From positions 34,627-98,626 of the forward strand of contig MU004230.1 of the NCBI GenBank assembly GCA_010405405.1: a stretch of DNA of 64,000 bases, read 5' to 3'. The position numbers and the translations under genes are program-made. Under the pieces are notes generated by a model. It searched no databases. It saw nothing but the letters and a program-made list of their open reading frames with translations, and was not told the DNA's origin. Source of the stretch: Microthyrium microscopicum (lineage: Eukaryota). Position 1 is the first letter of the stretch. Every line of letters starts with the position of its first letter. Below, in pieces: positions 37,634 to 49,845 of this stretch.

Positions 37634-39018
37634 TCAAACGACCGTCCCGTTAGCCAAAAGCTTCGCCCCGGAGAACACACCATCCAACCACTCCCCCATA
37701 ACCGCCGCCAACTGATACTCCGCACCAACCTGGCAATGCTGCCCAGCACCCAGCGCATTCGTAAACTCATAATAATACGCCCTATCACCCAAATATCCCG
37801 CCACAATCTTCGCCTGCCCCGAAAAGCTCGAATCGTCCTCCCCGTCGCCCACAAACACCGGCACATCAATATTCTTGACACTCTCCGCTGTAACATTGAT
37901 AGCCTTTGTGCGTGTAACCCAGTCAAATGGACTAGTCGTATTGAATGCAAACATCCCCTGCTGAACACCCCATCTAAACGTCGATGGTGTACTGGTGTTG
38001 AAGCTAGCAGCATTTACAACGGCATCAAAAGCCGTTGCATTGCCGGATTTGAACAGGGCGGTCAGACTCGATGGGAATTGGGCAATGAGTGAATCGTAGA
38101 GACTGACGACACCATCGATGGCCATAACAGCCTTGAATCTCTTCTCCTTCGTCGCAGCAATGGGCGCAAGAACACCACCGTACGAAATTCCCACCAACGC
38201 CAATTTGGTTGTATCGACATCACTTCGTTTTTCCAGCCAATCCACCACGGGTGTTACGGCCGTCCACCAATCAGGTCTAAATCCAATGTTCTGGTATCGG
38301 CGGACGGTGGGCTGCCCCGGTCCTTCATATGTCATGAAGTTGTATCCGCGCTCCAGCAAACTCTTGCCGATTGCGTGGTATAATTCCTCTTGGGAGCCGT
38401 CATAGCCTGTTCCGGCGACGATGGTGGGCAGCTTGGAGGAGTTGGTGGCGGAGGCTGGGTAGAAGATTGCTGGGACGGTGTATGATCCATCACTGGATGT
38501 GAGATTCACGCGTGCTGCTGGGATGGGTAGAAGCTTGATGGCAGCGTCGAAGTTGCTTAATGCGGAGGCCCAAAGGGAGTATATCCGTGGGTCGGTGATG
38601 TTGCCGTGCAGGAAGAAGTCTGCGGCGCGATAGTATGTAGCTGCGCGGAAGTACGCTTGACGTGCTGATACGGGGAATTTGGTCGCGTTGGTGCTGGTAG
38701 CGATGGACTGAATTTTGGCAGCTAGGTAGTAGAAGGCAGAGTAGAAGGATTCGAAGTTTTGCGGAATGAGTTGGCTGGCTGCGCGGAGGATTTCGCCAGA
38801 GTTGGCGCCTTCGCCGTCGGCGTAACCTAGGAGGACTTGGAGCTGGAAGGACATTTCTGGGTCGCTGGTGATGGGGTATATCACTGGGGCGGAGGAGTTT
38901 GTTGTGTTTTGGGTGAGCTGGGAGTGTATTAGTACTGAAAGGGTTTGGGGAAGAGGATATTACGAACCGCTGGAGTGAGCAGAGCGCTTAAAGCCAAGAG
39001 CCATCTTAAGAGATACAT
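37634..39018 (-). CDS. Secreted alpha/beta hydrolase (2,6-dihydropseudooxynicotine hydrolase / S9-like)
   Basis: Signal peptide MYLLRWLLALSALL; short intron near the 5' end; GYDGSQEE, YEGPGQ, GISYGG nucleophile motif, HCQVGA. Confidence 0.87.
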
Positions 39019-40572
39019 GGCTATGGGTGTAGTTTGAAGTAGAGCTGTAATTGTTGCAAGGAAAATGTGATGATCCAGAATAATAGTACAGTGAGTACAG
39101 CGAACTGGCCTTTTATATCCATCTCGGACGAGACGCTCATCACGCAATTAGCCACTGACATAGCCCACCAGAAATTCTCAGTGTATCCCCATTGTGATAT
39201 AGATCATCTTGAAAGCAGTTCGTGTAATCACAGTTGGGGAAGCATTAAGCGTAGCGTAGCGTACTCTGCATGGCATAAGGCTGTGCCTCGCTGATGATGC
39301 CGCAAATGGAAAGTTATATGTCGATCATCTGAAATTTCCAGGTACCACAACCACACTCCACGCTGCCTTTCGCTTCAACCTTATGATGATTGGTCCTCGT
39401 TTCATTTGGAATAATTCGGAGATGTAGCGAAAATGAAAAGCTTGGTTCTTGCAGAAGCTTGATCTGAAGCTTGTTTTGGAGCTGCCAATCGAGCAAGCCA
39501 TCTCTCATAACAAGCTCATTGTTATTCCTGAACAATCCGAAGCAAACGATGCCTCATTCGTCAAGATGTGATGTGCGCAGTGTCTTCGGGAATTTGACCA
39601 CCAATGATACAAGGGCACTCGCAGATTGGTACCCAGGTACAGCGATATGACCAAAATCCCGCAGAAACGTGCATCATCAACACCAAGCACCAGGTATGTG
39701 GGCTTGGTATACCTGGCGCGTCTGATAGACAACGGCTTTGCTAAGCGAGTCTAATACCCAGGAAAGAGTTGTATGCTTGACGGATTGTATATGTGAGGTT
39801 CTGAATCGAGTTTTCTGGAATTTGTCATCGTACACGACCAAATTGGATGGGCAAAACATGCGTTTGCGACGAAAGTCCGGTAGTCACAATGCCTTGTATT
39901 TAGCCAATGACCAAAGACCTGAGCTGTGTATTGCAGATGATCGAGGAACCACCATGATGCATGTAGCCTTACGGTCGCCTTGTTGACTGTCGCACAAGTC
40001 GGGGATCTGACGCCCCTGTCAGCAAAATCGCTCAAAACGGTAACATGTTGACATCTGCATGAGTCATTGAGAAAAACGATAGAGCCGGTACCAGGAAGAT
40101 CTGAATATCGAAATCACAGCGGATATATCAAGATGAAAATGCGGGACTTAAGGAGATATATAATTATATCTTTCCTGTTCATCAGTCAACACAATCGTGC
40201 TAAACAACACTAAGAGCAACATACATTCTGTGATCTACAAAAGAACCGCTCCACCCATGCCATAAAAACAATATTAGCAAAACCACTGCGCCGTCGCCTA
40301 ATGATGATGCTGATTTCGCAGAAAACAAAGCGCATGGGTATAAGACTGTACACTCAATCGACTTCCTCTGACAGCTTCCAATCGGGAAGATAAAAGTCGG
40401 GGGTATTCTCCGTTGGTACATTGTAGAAGAAGAAGATCTCATGTCTAAGATAATCGAGTGCCAAAAAAACAGAGGACCAACGCCATCGTGAAAGGTTGTT
40501 AAAGATCGCTTTTCCAGATTTGCCTTGACATATTCTGTGTTATTGTGTCGCGAGTTGAGATTGTGTGGATTA

Positions 40573-41439
40573 TTAGTCGGGCTGTGGTTCTTGATTTTCA
40601 GTTCTTGCGCGTTGGAGACCCATGACCCATCGCATTTGATTTGTTGCTTCGATCATCTCTTCCTTGCGCTCGTGTATTTCTACAAATTCGGACTTGAACT
40701 GTTCCAGTAGAGCGGCTTGTTCGCGATTTGTTTTGTCGGCTTGTTCGACCGCTTGCCGCTTTTGATCCAGTAATATTTCTAGCTGTACGAGTTTTGTCTC
40801 GGTATCCTTTCGTTTTTGACCTTCTGTTGTGACGAATTCTCGAAATCCTGTTTGTACTGTATCCAGCTTCGACCGTAATCCCAGATATTCTTTTTGTACT
40901 GTAAGGTATGCCGTGTCTGCCGCCTTGGCTGTATTTTTAAACTGTGCAACTTCCCGGCTCGCATCTGCAGCCACCTCGTCTAGCTTGCGTCCCATTTCGG
41001 CTTCCCGGTCCTCGGCGCGTTTCCTCCGCAGTACCTCCTGCTCCAAGGATGCTTTGAGATCATCTAGTCGCCGTTCTTTCCGGGCGAGTGCGCCATCGTG
41101 CGTGTGAAATTGATGTTGGAGGTCATTGTTCTTTGTTTCAAGAGCGTCAAGCATAGCCTTAAGAACGCGCTGTTGTTGCACGAGTTCCTCTTTCGATGCT
41201 TTTTCAGCGTTGAGTTCGCGACGTAACCTGTCATTCTCAGCCGTCAGGCGCTCAATTACTTGTGAGGTTTTGCCCGTTGCCGTCGGGTTGGCGGATGAGG
41301 TGGACGGGGAGCCATTCTGCCAGGGCGAGGAGGAGGATTGGTATGAGGCGGGAAACGGGGATGGAGAGGCTCTTCTCATGGTGGGTGTGGTTTTGGAGGC
41401 TGGAGATGTTGATGGTAGAGCCTCGACGCCAGGAGGCAT
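40573..41439 (-). CDS. Coiled-coil protein, She3-domain-like
   Basis: GKTSQVIERLTAENDRLRREL followed by long heptad repeats, resembling She3-domain proteins of filamentous fungi. Start uncertain. Confidence 0.6.
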   Translation of the reverse strand: MPPGVEALPSTSPASKTTPTMRRASPSPFPASYQSSSSPWQNGSPSTSSANPTATGKTSQVIERLTAENDRLRRELNAEKASKEELVQQQRVLKAMLDALETKNNDLQHQFHTHDGALARKERRLDDLKASLEQEVLRRKRAEDREAEMGRKLDEVAADASREVAQFKNTAKAADTAYLTVQKEYLGLRSKLDTVQTGFREFVTTEGQKRKDTETKLVQLEILLDQKRQAVEQADKTNREQAALLEQFKSEFVEIHERKEEMIEATNQMRWVMGLQRARTENQEPQPD

Positions 41440-42303
41440 TGCAAGGCGCGTGTTATAGGCAACAGGATGAGGGACGCAGGGGTTGGATTGTAATCAAATC
41501 GGGTGATGTAAGCGAGGGCTTCCGTTATGATAATTGGAATGGAGGCAAAGGGCGCATGTTGTGGGTATGCCGGGTAGTTGTGTCGCGCGGATACGCACTG
41601 GGAGCAACAGCGCGAGGAGGTGAAGATCAGAGGTGAGGATATGGAACAATCTTGAATGTTTCTCGGGCAACGTGGAAGCGAGGAAAAGAGCAACCGGGGG
41701 AGCCTGGAGAGAATAAGCGGAGGAGTGAACAGGCCAGATGTTGGCAATATGCAGGTTGGAACAGCGCAAAGCAACTGGGAGGTAATGGGGAAAAGTAGAC
41801 GCTGGAAGTAAATAACAGGCGTTGAAAAGGGTGATGCAACAGTCAGGAGTACAGATACGGTACCTACACAGGTAGATTGAAGTTGAGAGATGCGATTGAA
41901 GATTTGATGTTCATGTTGTTCTTTGATCAAATGCTAGCCCCTCCACCCCTGTAAACAATCCGCCAATTACGGCGAGACCCAACGCGTGACTTTGCGGCTA
42001 ATTCGACCCCTCGCCCTCGCGTCTACCAGACAGGTCCCACCTTCCGCTGTGCCGCCCCGCGCTGCTGTAACTGTAGTCTGTTAGAGATATCGCGGTGACT
42101 TTTCTTCTGTACTGCAAATATCCTCACAATTGGCTTTTATCTAGAAGTAAAGTGCAACCGATTGTGTTTCATCTTATCAAAGCTTGGACCATAATATCAG
42201 CCATCTTCGCCGGTTGCTACTTCTTCGACCATTCTTCAGCCTTGCCTAATCCGGCCATATAAAATCCATCAACACTTATCTAGACTTTTGAAACAACTTC
42301 AAT

Positions 42304-43312
42304 ATGTTGATAACAGAGAGCCACATTGATGTCCCTACCCAGGCTGGAGGTGATATGAGTAAGTGAATTTTCCAGAATCCGAAATATATATATGATCTGT
42401 ACGCAGTATGGAATCTGTATCTCGATCTCGATCTGAGGCTTCCCAAAACTTGCGATAGATACCGCATCAAAGAACCATTTTCTCCTTATTTCACCCAAAC
42501 TCTAACACATCCCAGGAATATTCATCTTCCACCCAAAAATAGAAGGCTACCCATCCGCAAAATTCCCCGGCATAGTAGTCTTCTCCGAAATATACCAAGT
42601 AACCGGCCCAGTCGCCCGTTTCTGCCGCCAAATCGCTGCCCACGGCTACATATGTGCCGCCCCCTCCTCCTACCACGAATTCACCTCCTCCGACGCCCTA
42701 GCCTACGACGTCCCAGGCACAGACGCCGGCAATGCCTGGAAAATTGAAAAGACGCTCTCCGGCTACGATGAGGACGCTACACTCTCCGTCGATGCGCTAC
42801 TAGGCCTGCCAACATGTACGGGACGCATTGGCACGACGGGCATGTGTTTGGGTGGACATTTGGCGTATCGGTGCGCATTTGATAAGAGGGTTAGTGCGAG
42901 TGTGTGTTATTTTGCGACGGATGTGCATAGTGGAACGCTGGGGAAGGGGGGCGATGATAGTTTGGCCAGGACGAAGGAGATTAAGGGTGAGGTTGTTATG
43001 ATTTTTGGAAAGAAGGATACGCACATTCCGCCGGCTGGGAGGGATTTGATAAGAAAGACGTTGCAAGATGCTGGGGTGACCTTTAGTTTTTATGAGAATT
43101 CGTTTGCGCAGCGTAAGTGGTTGATACGAAAGAAGAGATAAGTTGGCTAACCCGTTATAGATGCGTTTATCAGGGACGAATTGAGCAAAGGAAGATATGA
43201 TCCAGCTGTGGCAGGAATCTGTTTTCAGATGCTGTTGGAACTTTTTGGTCGAGTACTTCGATCAGATCTTGGACCGGCGGAAGGCGTGGCAGAACCGGAG
43301 CACGTTTGTTGA
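42304..43312 (+). CDS. Dienelactone hydrolase family protein
   Basis: MLITESHIDV..., FSEIYQVTGPV, GMCLGG catalytic Cys motif, HAFIRDE.SKGRYD; two introns. Confidence 0.9.
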
Positions 43313-43532
43313 AGCAACAGTTCGAAGATTATTTTGAAGTTTGTGTAATTGCTCATCTACATGATGAGTTGTTTTGAAGAATAATTATTGACATGGTAGG
43401 TCCCTAGTGACAAACCTATTCATACGTCGACATCTTGCTTGCTTCTACCGTATATGTCAAGTTAGCAAACAAGTATGTATTTGCCACCTGACTTGAAGAT
43501 GCAATCCACATGACAACCATGCTTTTTCCACA

Positions 43533-46256
43533 TTACTCGATTTTGCGGTAAAACAAGATGTAGGCCACCTTGCTATCCTTTGTCCAGTCTGGCTTGGGAG
43601 TGAGTTTGCCAGTGCTGGGGGTTGTGGCACCGTTTGCTACGGCTGCCAATTTTCGCCCAGAAGGTGTAGCCTCCTTTGAGCTTGAACCATTCACTTGGTT
43701 CCATCCACTTCCTTCTTCATCATCTTGATTCTCCTCGGTGTTACCAAATGACTCAAACATGTTCTGCCCTTGGAGAGATGATTGGCTTCGCTTGTGCTCT
43801 TCCAATGCCTTGGCGAGAACTTTAGGATCTTCATCAGCACCAGCAGACGCGACATCCTCTGCTCTGAGGCGACGAATGACGGTGTCATCTAGACGAACCC
43901 ATTCGATACCATCCTGTCTTCGGATATCGACTGTGTAATGACCTCCGCTGGCGTTTTTGCCATGGTGATAGACGACTGCACTGAGGCGGTATTTCGGCAT
44001 TCCACTCAGAGAGATTGCATTGCGTCTGGAAGTAGAGAACACCTCCTTTGGCATGGTAAGCTCCAATGGATAGCCAACCTTTTTCCATATTTTCTGAACA
44101 CCACCAGTGTTGTCATACTGGAATCGTTTGAGATGAAGGATAAGGACAGGAGGGAGAGAATCAATGAAGATCTGCTTAGTTGCGTTTGTGCCTGGGCCAC
44201 GAGGAGATGCAAAGTCACCATGTAGAGTCTCTGGTCGCGTCAAGTTCTTGAGGGCATCTACAATATTCTGCACTGTTGATGCTCCAATATCAAGCTGTAG
44301 CGCTTGGTAAGGTTCCATGGTGACAGAGTTCTTGAGACCTGGGACACGAAGTTCTGAGCGAATTTTACCACCAAAGATTTTGGTGATGGGCGAGTCGGTG
44401 TTGAGAAATCCGGAAGAGCGAGTAACAGCAGATCGTTGCTTGGGTCCAACTTCGAGCCAGCCAGCTTCAGTAGACTGCGATCGTTCGCTAATAGGAGATG
44501 TTGGGGTGTCTGCATCAGAAGAAGGAAGATGTCTCAAGACTGAAGCGCATTCATCATGAAGTCCTTCTAAAAGAAAGCCCATGAACTCTTCCGCGTCCTG
44601 CTGGTGTCCGCGCTACCAATTGTCAGATTCTGGATGTCCTATTTTCACTATATAACTTACTCTCATCGTCGAGAACCGTGGGAGACGCTTAATTGCGTCA
44701 TACACATATTCTGGGATGAATGCGTCCCCATATTGTTCCAGCTCAGTATCCTTGAGCCTCATTCGGAGCTTTTCTACCGACTCTGCGGAGTCAATGACTT
44801 TGTACTCTCTCATGAAAAGAATCCTATTCGCGTTAGAATCCGTCGAAAAGAAGCTTGGATGGAAACTTACATTGCGTCCAAGAGCGGCGTCTCACTTTTA
44901 AAACTGTGAGCAGCCTTTTTGCCGACTTGCTCAAGAAAATCATAAAATGGTATACAAGAAACCAGAACTTGCAAAATCTGTTCCCAGTCAGTACTTTTTC
45001 TTACTACGTGGAGGAGACTGTCAGCTTACAGAATTCATATAGCACATATTACCAGTATTAACAAGACCTCGTGGTTCGAGGAAGGATAATTTTTCAGCAG
45101 AGCGCACGTTGTATGCTCTGATTGCCTCAGCCAAGGAGGTGGATTTGGACTGAGCAGGGGTAGAATCAACATCAGCTCCATTAGAATTTGGCTGAGGTGC
45201 AACATTTGCTGGCCCTTTGGTTCGAACAAGATCTGCCCAAGACTTAGGGGCAGCTGGCTTTGCGGGCTCGGCCGCAGGTTGCTCTCCAGACACTTGTGGA
45301 CTTGCTTCTTCGTTGGATGCAACTTCAACTTCCAGTGTCTTTAGTGGCTCATCTTCCACCCGCGAAACCTGTGCCTTGTGGGTGTGAGCAGGAGAGATTT
45401 TGGGAATTGCGGGAATAGCAGGCCGAACATGCGCTTTCGGTGTAGTCTTTGGAGTGCTTGTAGCAGTGGTAGGCGTATCTGGAATCCTCTGATCCGACAC
45501 AGCTGACAGATCGCTGCGCATGCTATCTATGCTAGATGGTGTAGCTTCATGATCAGGATAAGCAAACTCCTTGTCAGCGATAGGCTGTTGTTGTGTTTTC
45601 TGTTTATTTCCACTTATATCAGCGCTATGTTGCTCGACAGCATCCGAAGCTGACCATTCCGGTAATGTAAGATTGCCAGGAGATTGCTGCCGGGCACGTC
45701 TGCGCCGACGTCGGGCGCGAGCAGGATAATCGTGTTCGTCGACTGAATACCAAGGTAGTTTAGGGTAAAAAGGTTCTCGCTGTGACATCTGTGGCGATTG
45801 CGGTGGTGGACTGGCAGTGGGAGCGATTGTGGAAAGAGGAGTCTCTACTGGAGCAATATCTGGAGTCGATGGGGCAGGCGTGCCTTGGGACGGATTGGTT
45901 ATGGGCGTAACAACGGCTTGTTGGATCACGGGCGCAGGTATAGGAGCGGGAGCTTGATATGTCTGGCGTTGAGAAGGATTGTACAGTGGTTGATGCTGTG
46001 GGTGTGACGATACTATCATTGGGCCATTCTGATGTTGTGGATGTGTAGGATATTGAGGGTAGTGTCGATACGCCTGCTGTGGCTGATAGTGTTGTTGCGG
46101 ATACCATTGTTGCTGGTACTGCCCTGGATGCATTTGATACTGTTGAGGATGAGGTTGATAGTAGCCTTGCTGATAGTAATCCTGTTGTTGCTGGTTTTGT
46201 CGTCGTCCCTGAGGCATCATCCCTGGGGGAACGCCATACTGATTATTCGGTAACAT
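43533..46256 (-). CDS. UBP3: Ubiquitin-specific protease, Ubp3/USP10-like
   Basis: Q/Y/P-rich N-terminus; PKSWADL; Cys box GLVNTGNMCYMNSV; QQDAEEF; His box YHHGKNASGGHY; AYILFY; three introns. Confidence 0.88.
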
Positions 46257-47414
46257 GATGTCGAGGAAGGCGACTGTGGAGTAAACCAACAGTCGCTCAA
46301 ACGTGACCTAGCGGGTGCAAACAAGGCGCACGCTGGTCAGGAGGGAGCTCTGCTAGGACGCGATGTACTAGCAAGTCGAGTCGGGTATGGTCGAGTAAGA
46401 GCGCACTCGACAGGTCAAAGGAGGGATTGAAAGCTAGGGAGGTGTAGAGGAAGATAGTGAGCAGCCCATGGCGAGCAGTCTTTATGAGGACTGTTGCGGG
46501 TTCAAGGTGAAAGGGCGAAGAGGTTAAGCGGAATTTTGACAGGCAAAAAGGCGCGTGAGTGGTAGGATGGTAGTGACAAGCGACCGGTGAGCAAGCAAAG
46601 CAAATGCTAGAGGTAGAAGAAGAAGGCGCTAGATGCAGATAATGCAAAGAAGCAGGAACCCAGATGAATTAGAAGAGGAGGTAAGGAAGAGAGAATGATT
46701 TGGGTGGCTCGTTCAAGACGAGAGAGTCAAGTTTAAGAGATGTGAGAGGAGAGATTGAATGGCGATGGGATGGCCGTTGGAAACTGCACGCTAGAGTAAA
46801 GTAGCTGCAGTCCATGTTCCGCCGCTCTTGGCAGACTCCAGAGCACATTCCCGTAAGCGGAGCGGAGCTATCTTTTGTAAATGGTCAAGCTAACCCAATG
46901 CGGCAAGTGTAATCTCAATCCATCGCTCTTGCCTCAGGCCCGATGACACTTGCCCCAGATTGCCTCATGCTCCTGCCATTCCTTCTTGATGTGGTTGGCT
47001 CTTACCTCTTCTATCTCTCTTCTCCAGACCCAATTCCCTCCTCCACGTCTCCAGTATTGCCTCTACAGTAGCTAGCTGGCGACACTGGAGTCTATATTTA
47101 TGGGGGCAATACTTTGCTTTCCTCTCATATCATAAATCACCCAGTCCTCCGTATAACTCCGTTTCATTCGCTGTCGCTGACCAGTCATCCTCACTACGCA
47201 ATTACAATCCGCAACTGCTGTGAAGGCAGTCTGTCATACGCTTTGTCCGGTTGCCAGCATCAATAGCATTTTCATTCTCTTTCATGGCAATTCTCTTCTA
47301 GCATACGCCATAGCCTTTCGCCTTCTTTGTTCCACCATTGAATTTCCTAGTCTCTACCATCCTTACCCCTCCACACGATATCGCCTCTATCCAAACCCAT
47401 CTTGAGCCTCTGTT

Positions 47415-49499
47415 ATGGCGTCTAATCCCACCATTCCGAGCATCGCTTCCAAGACATCCAACACCAACGCGCCAAAATTGGCCTCAGTTTCACCTTCCAT
47501 CCCTCCTCAGGCCTCTAATACTGGGAACGAAGCCGGTCAGCGTCGGGGCGGCGGCAGTGGGAGTTTCGGAGCAGGAGCATATTCACGGCCTTCAGTAGCT
47601 CCTCGTAACAGTTCTGGGAAAAAGACATCGTCAAAAGCCTCCAAACGAGTCCGTATGGACGAGTATACGAGGGCAGAAGCTGCTGTAATGCGCTCTTCAG
47701 CCAACCGCCGGGGGCAGACGTCCATCACCCATCTCATGGAATTTTCCCATGGACCACGTCCGTACTTGGGAAGCCATCGGAACTACCATCGCCATCAGAG
47801 ATCATCTGGTTCCTCTTGGCACGGTCACCACTCCGCCCTGGACAAGTCTCGTTATGTTCATGCAAACTATCGATTCATTGTAGATCCCAGACAATCCTAC
47901 GACCACCATAAATCAGACCCGGATGAGTACCTCGATTGGGATTCTATCCTTCAAATATTGGTTTCCTTGGAATCACAGTCGAATGCATGCCCAATATGCT
48001 TGGATACCCCAACTGCTCCGCGGATGGCCAAATGCGGACACGTGTTTTGTGCCCAGTGTCTACTTCGTTTCATGCACTCGGAGGAAGAGCAACCCAAGGC
48101 TTATGAGAAAAAGCCTCGCCATAAAAAATGCCCTCTCTGTTGGGAACCTATCTACATGTCAGATGTCAAGCCTGTGCGCTGGTATGCTGGAAATGAAGGC
48201 CCTGCACCACGAGAGGGGCACGATATCTTTCTCCGGCTTATGAAACGACCCTTTGGCAGTACTCTGGCTTTACCTAGAGATGGTGGTGCTGCTCTCAATA
48301 CCAAGGAAGATATTCCATGGTATTTTGCTGCCGAGGTCATTGATTACGCTCACATCATGAGAGGAACAGAAGATTACATGAAGCGGCAAATAGACAAGGA
48401 TATCGCAGCTGTGGAAGAACAAGAGCAACAAAACGAATTGCAGTATGGCGATGATACAAGCGAGTGGACCAAAAAGGCAGTTCGTTTGTTGAAGGAAGCC
48501 AAGGATAAGTTTGATGGTATCGGCGGTCCACGCGAAGACGAGATCCAACCTGCTGAACCAAGGCCGTCGCGGACATCCACTACTGAAGAACGAATTCCTG
48601 ACGACTGGCGGGACGAGTCGATGGACTCAACAGTTTCTCGAGCACTAGATTCTAGTGAATCAGGCGATGCGCGATCTCACCCTCCCTCAGAATACTATTT
48701 CTATCAAGGCCTTCTACATTATTACCTTTGCCCACTCGATATCAGGATACTCAAGGAGGCTTTTGGATCCTTTTCACTTTTCCCTTCCACGATTCTTCCA
48801 AGAGTGGAGCGTGTTTCTACTGGGCACGTCGTGGATGACGAACTTCGCAAGCGATCCAAATGGCTCAGTCATCTTCCCCGTGGCTGCGAAGTGTACTTTT
48901 TAGAATGCGACTGGACCGATACTGTTCCCAGTGAATTTCTCGCAAAATTCCAAGTAGAAATCGAGAAACGGAGAAAGCGCAACCATGATAAGGATGCTCA
49001 AGACGAACGGGCTCGTCTGCGAGCTGAGAAGGAGGAGGATGACAAAAGATATGCACACCTACGACGTAGATCACCTGGAGAACCTTCACAGCAATGGTTT
49101 CGAGATGACGAGTTTCAACCCTTGGTATCTCATGACAGAGAAGAAGATGGCACGGAAATGCCTTCTTCGTCGCCACCTTGGACTAATCGTCAAGGCGCTG
49201 GATTTACTTCCCTGGCACACATGTCAACCAGTCCATCAACTTCAAGAACTGTTTGGGGAACTGCGGTAATAGCTTCCACCTCTCCTTCGCTTGGTGCTAT
49301 AGCCGATGCTGCCAATCACTCCGCGGACGATGGATGGCTGCAAGACTGGGAGAAGGATCTGATGAAGGAAGACGAAGAGCTCATCGCGCAGGCAGAAGCC
49401 CTCTCATTATCTGAAGAACGAACACCAGCTGGAGGTGGAAAGAAAAAGAAGCCAAAGAAGATTACTCTGATGAGTACAAATGTTCGAAGAGGCGCATGA
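47415..49499 (+). CDS. MAG2: RING finger E3 ligase, RNF10/Mag2-like
   Basis: SITHLMEF, YVHANYRFIV, CPICLDTPTAPRMAKCGHVFCAQCL...CPLC RING, YYFYQ..HYYLCPLDIRIL; C-terminal KKKKPKKITLMST. Confidence 0.85.
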   Translation: MASNPTIPSIASKTSNTNAPKLASVSPSIPPQASNTGNEAGQRRGGGSGSFGAGAYSRPSVAPRNSSGKKTSSKASKRVRMDEYTRAEAAVMRSSANRRGQTSITHLMEFSHGPRPYLGSHRNYHRHQRSSGSSWHGHHSALDKSRYVHANYRFIVDPRQSYDHHKSDPDEYLDWDSILQILVSLESQSNACPICLDTPTAPRMAKCGHVFCAQCLLRFMHSEEEQPKAYEKKPRHKKCPLCWEPIYMSDVKPVRWYAGNEGPAPREGHDIFLRLMKRPFGSTLALPRDGGAALNTKEDIPWYFAAEVIDYAHIMRGTEDYMKRQIDKDIAAVEEQEQQNELQYGDDTSEWTKKAVRLLKEAKDKFDGIGGPREDEIQPAEPRPSRTSTTEERIPDDWRDESMDSTVSRALDSSESGDARSHPPSEYYFYQGLLHYYLCPLDIRILKEAFGSFSLFPSTILPRVERVSTGHVVDDELRKRSKWLSHLPRGCEVYFLECDWTDTVPSEFLAKFQVEIEKRRKRNHDKDAQDERARLRAEKEEDDKRYAHLRRRSPGEPSQQWFRDDEFQPLVSHDREEDGTEMPSSSPPWTNRQGAGFTSLAHMSTSPSTSRTVWGTAVIASTSPSLGAIADAANHSADDGWLQDWEKDLMKEDEELIAQAEALSLSEERTPAGGGKKKKPKKITLMSTNVRRGA

Positions 49500-49845
49500 T
49501 TTCTTCGCTCTACGATGCATGACTATCATGTTGAAGAATATTCTTCGTAGCCAATACATGTTATATAGCATGGCCATCATATCGCGGCCTCAAGAATAAA
49601 TACTAGACTTGCCAATGGCTTGATTGCAAAAACTTTGAACAAACAATCTTAATCACGGTCCAATCGCAACGAGTAAAGGGGCAAGGGGCTGTTGACAACA
49701 ACGATAGGGGGTGATGATCGATCGTTTTCCTTGGCGCGCTTTGACGATCGATGTTCAAAACATCAAATAATGTCAACAACGTCAATGTCGAGTCCTTCCG
49801 TACCATTCACCACCCAATGAGTTGATTATTCGCCCCATATTGTCA

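Noticed and set aside
39300..40500. Gene-free 1.2-kb interval with short ORFs
   Set aside because: No motif matching HET, the paralog family or a TE could be read with confidence.
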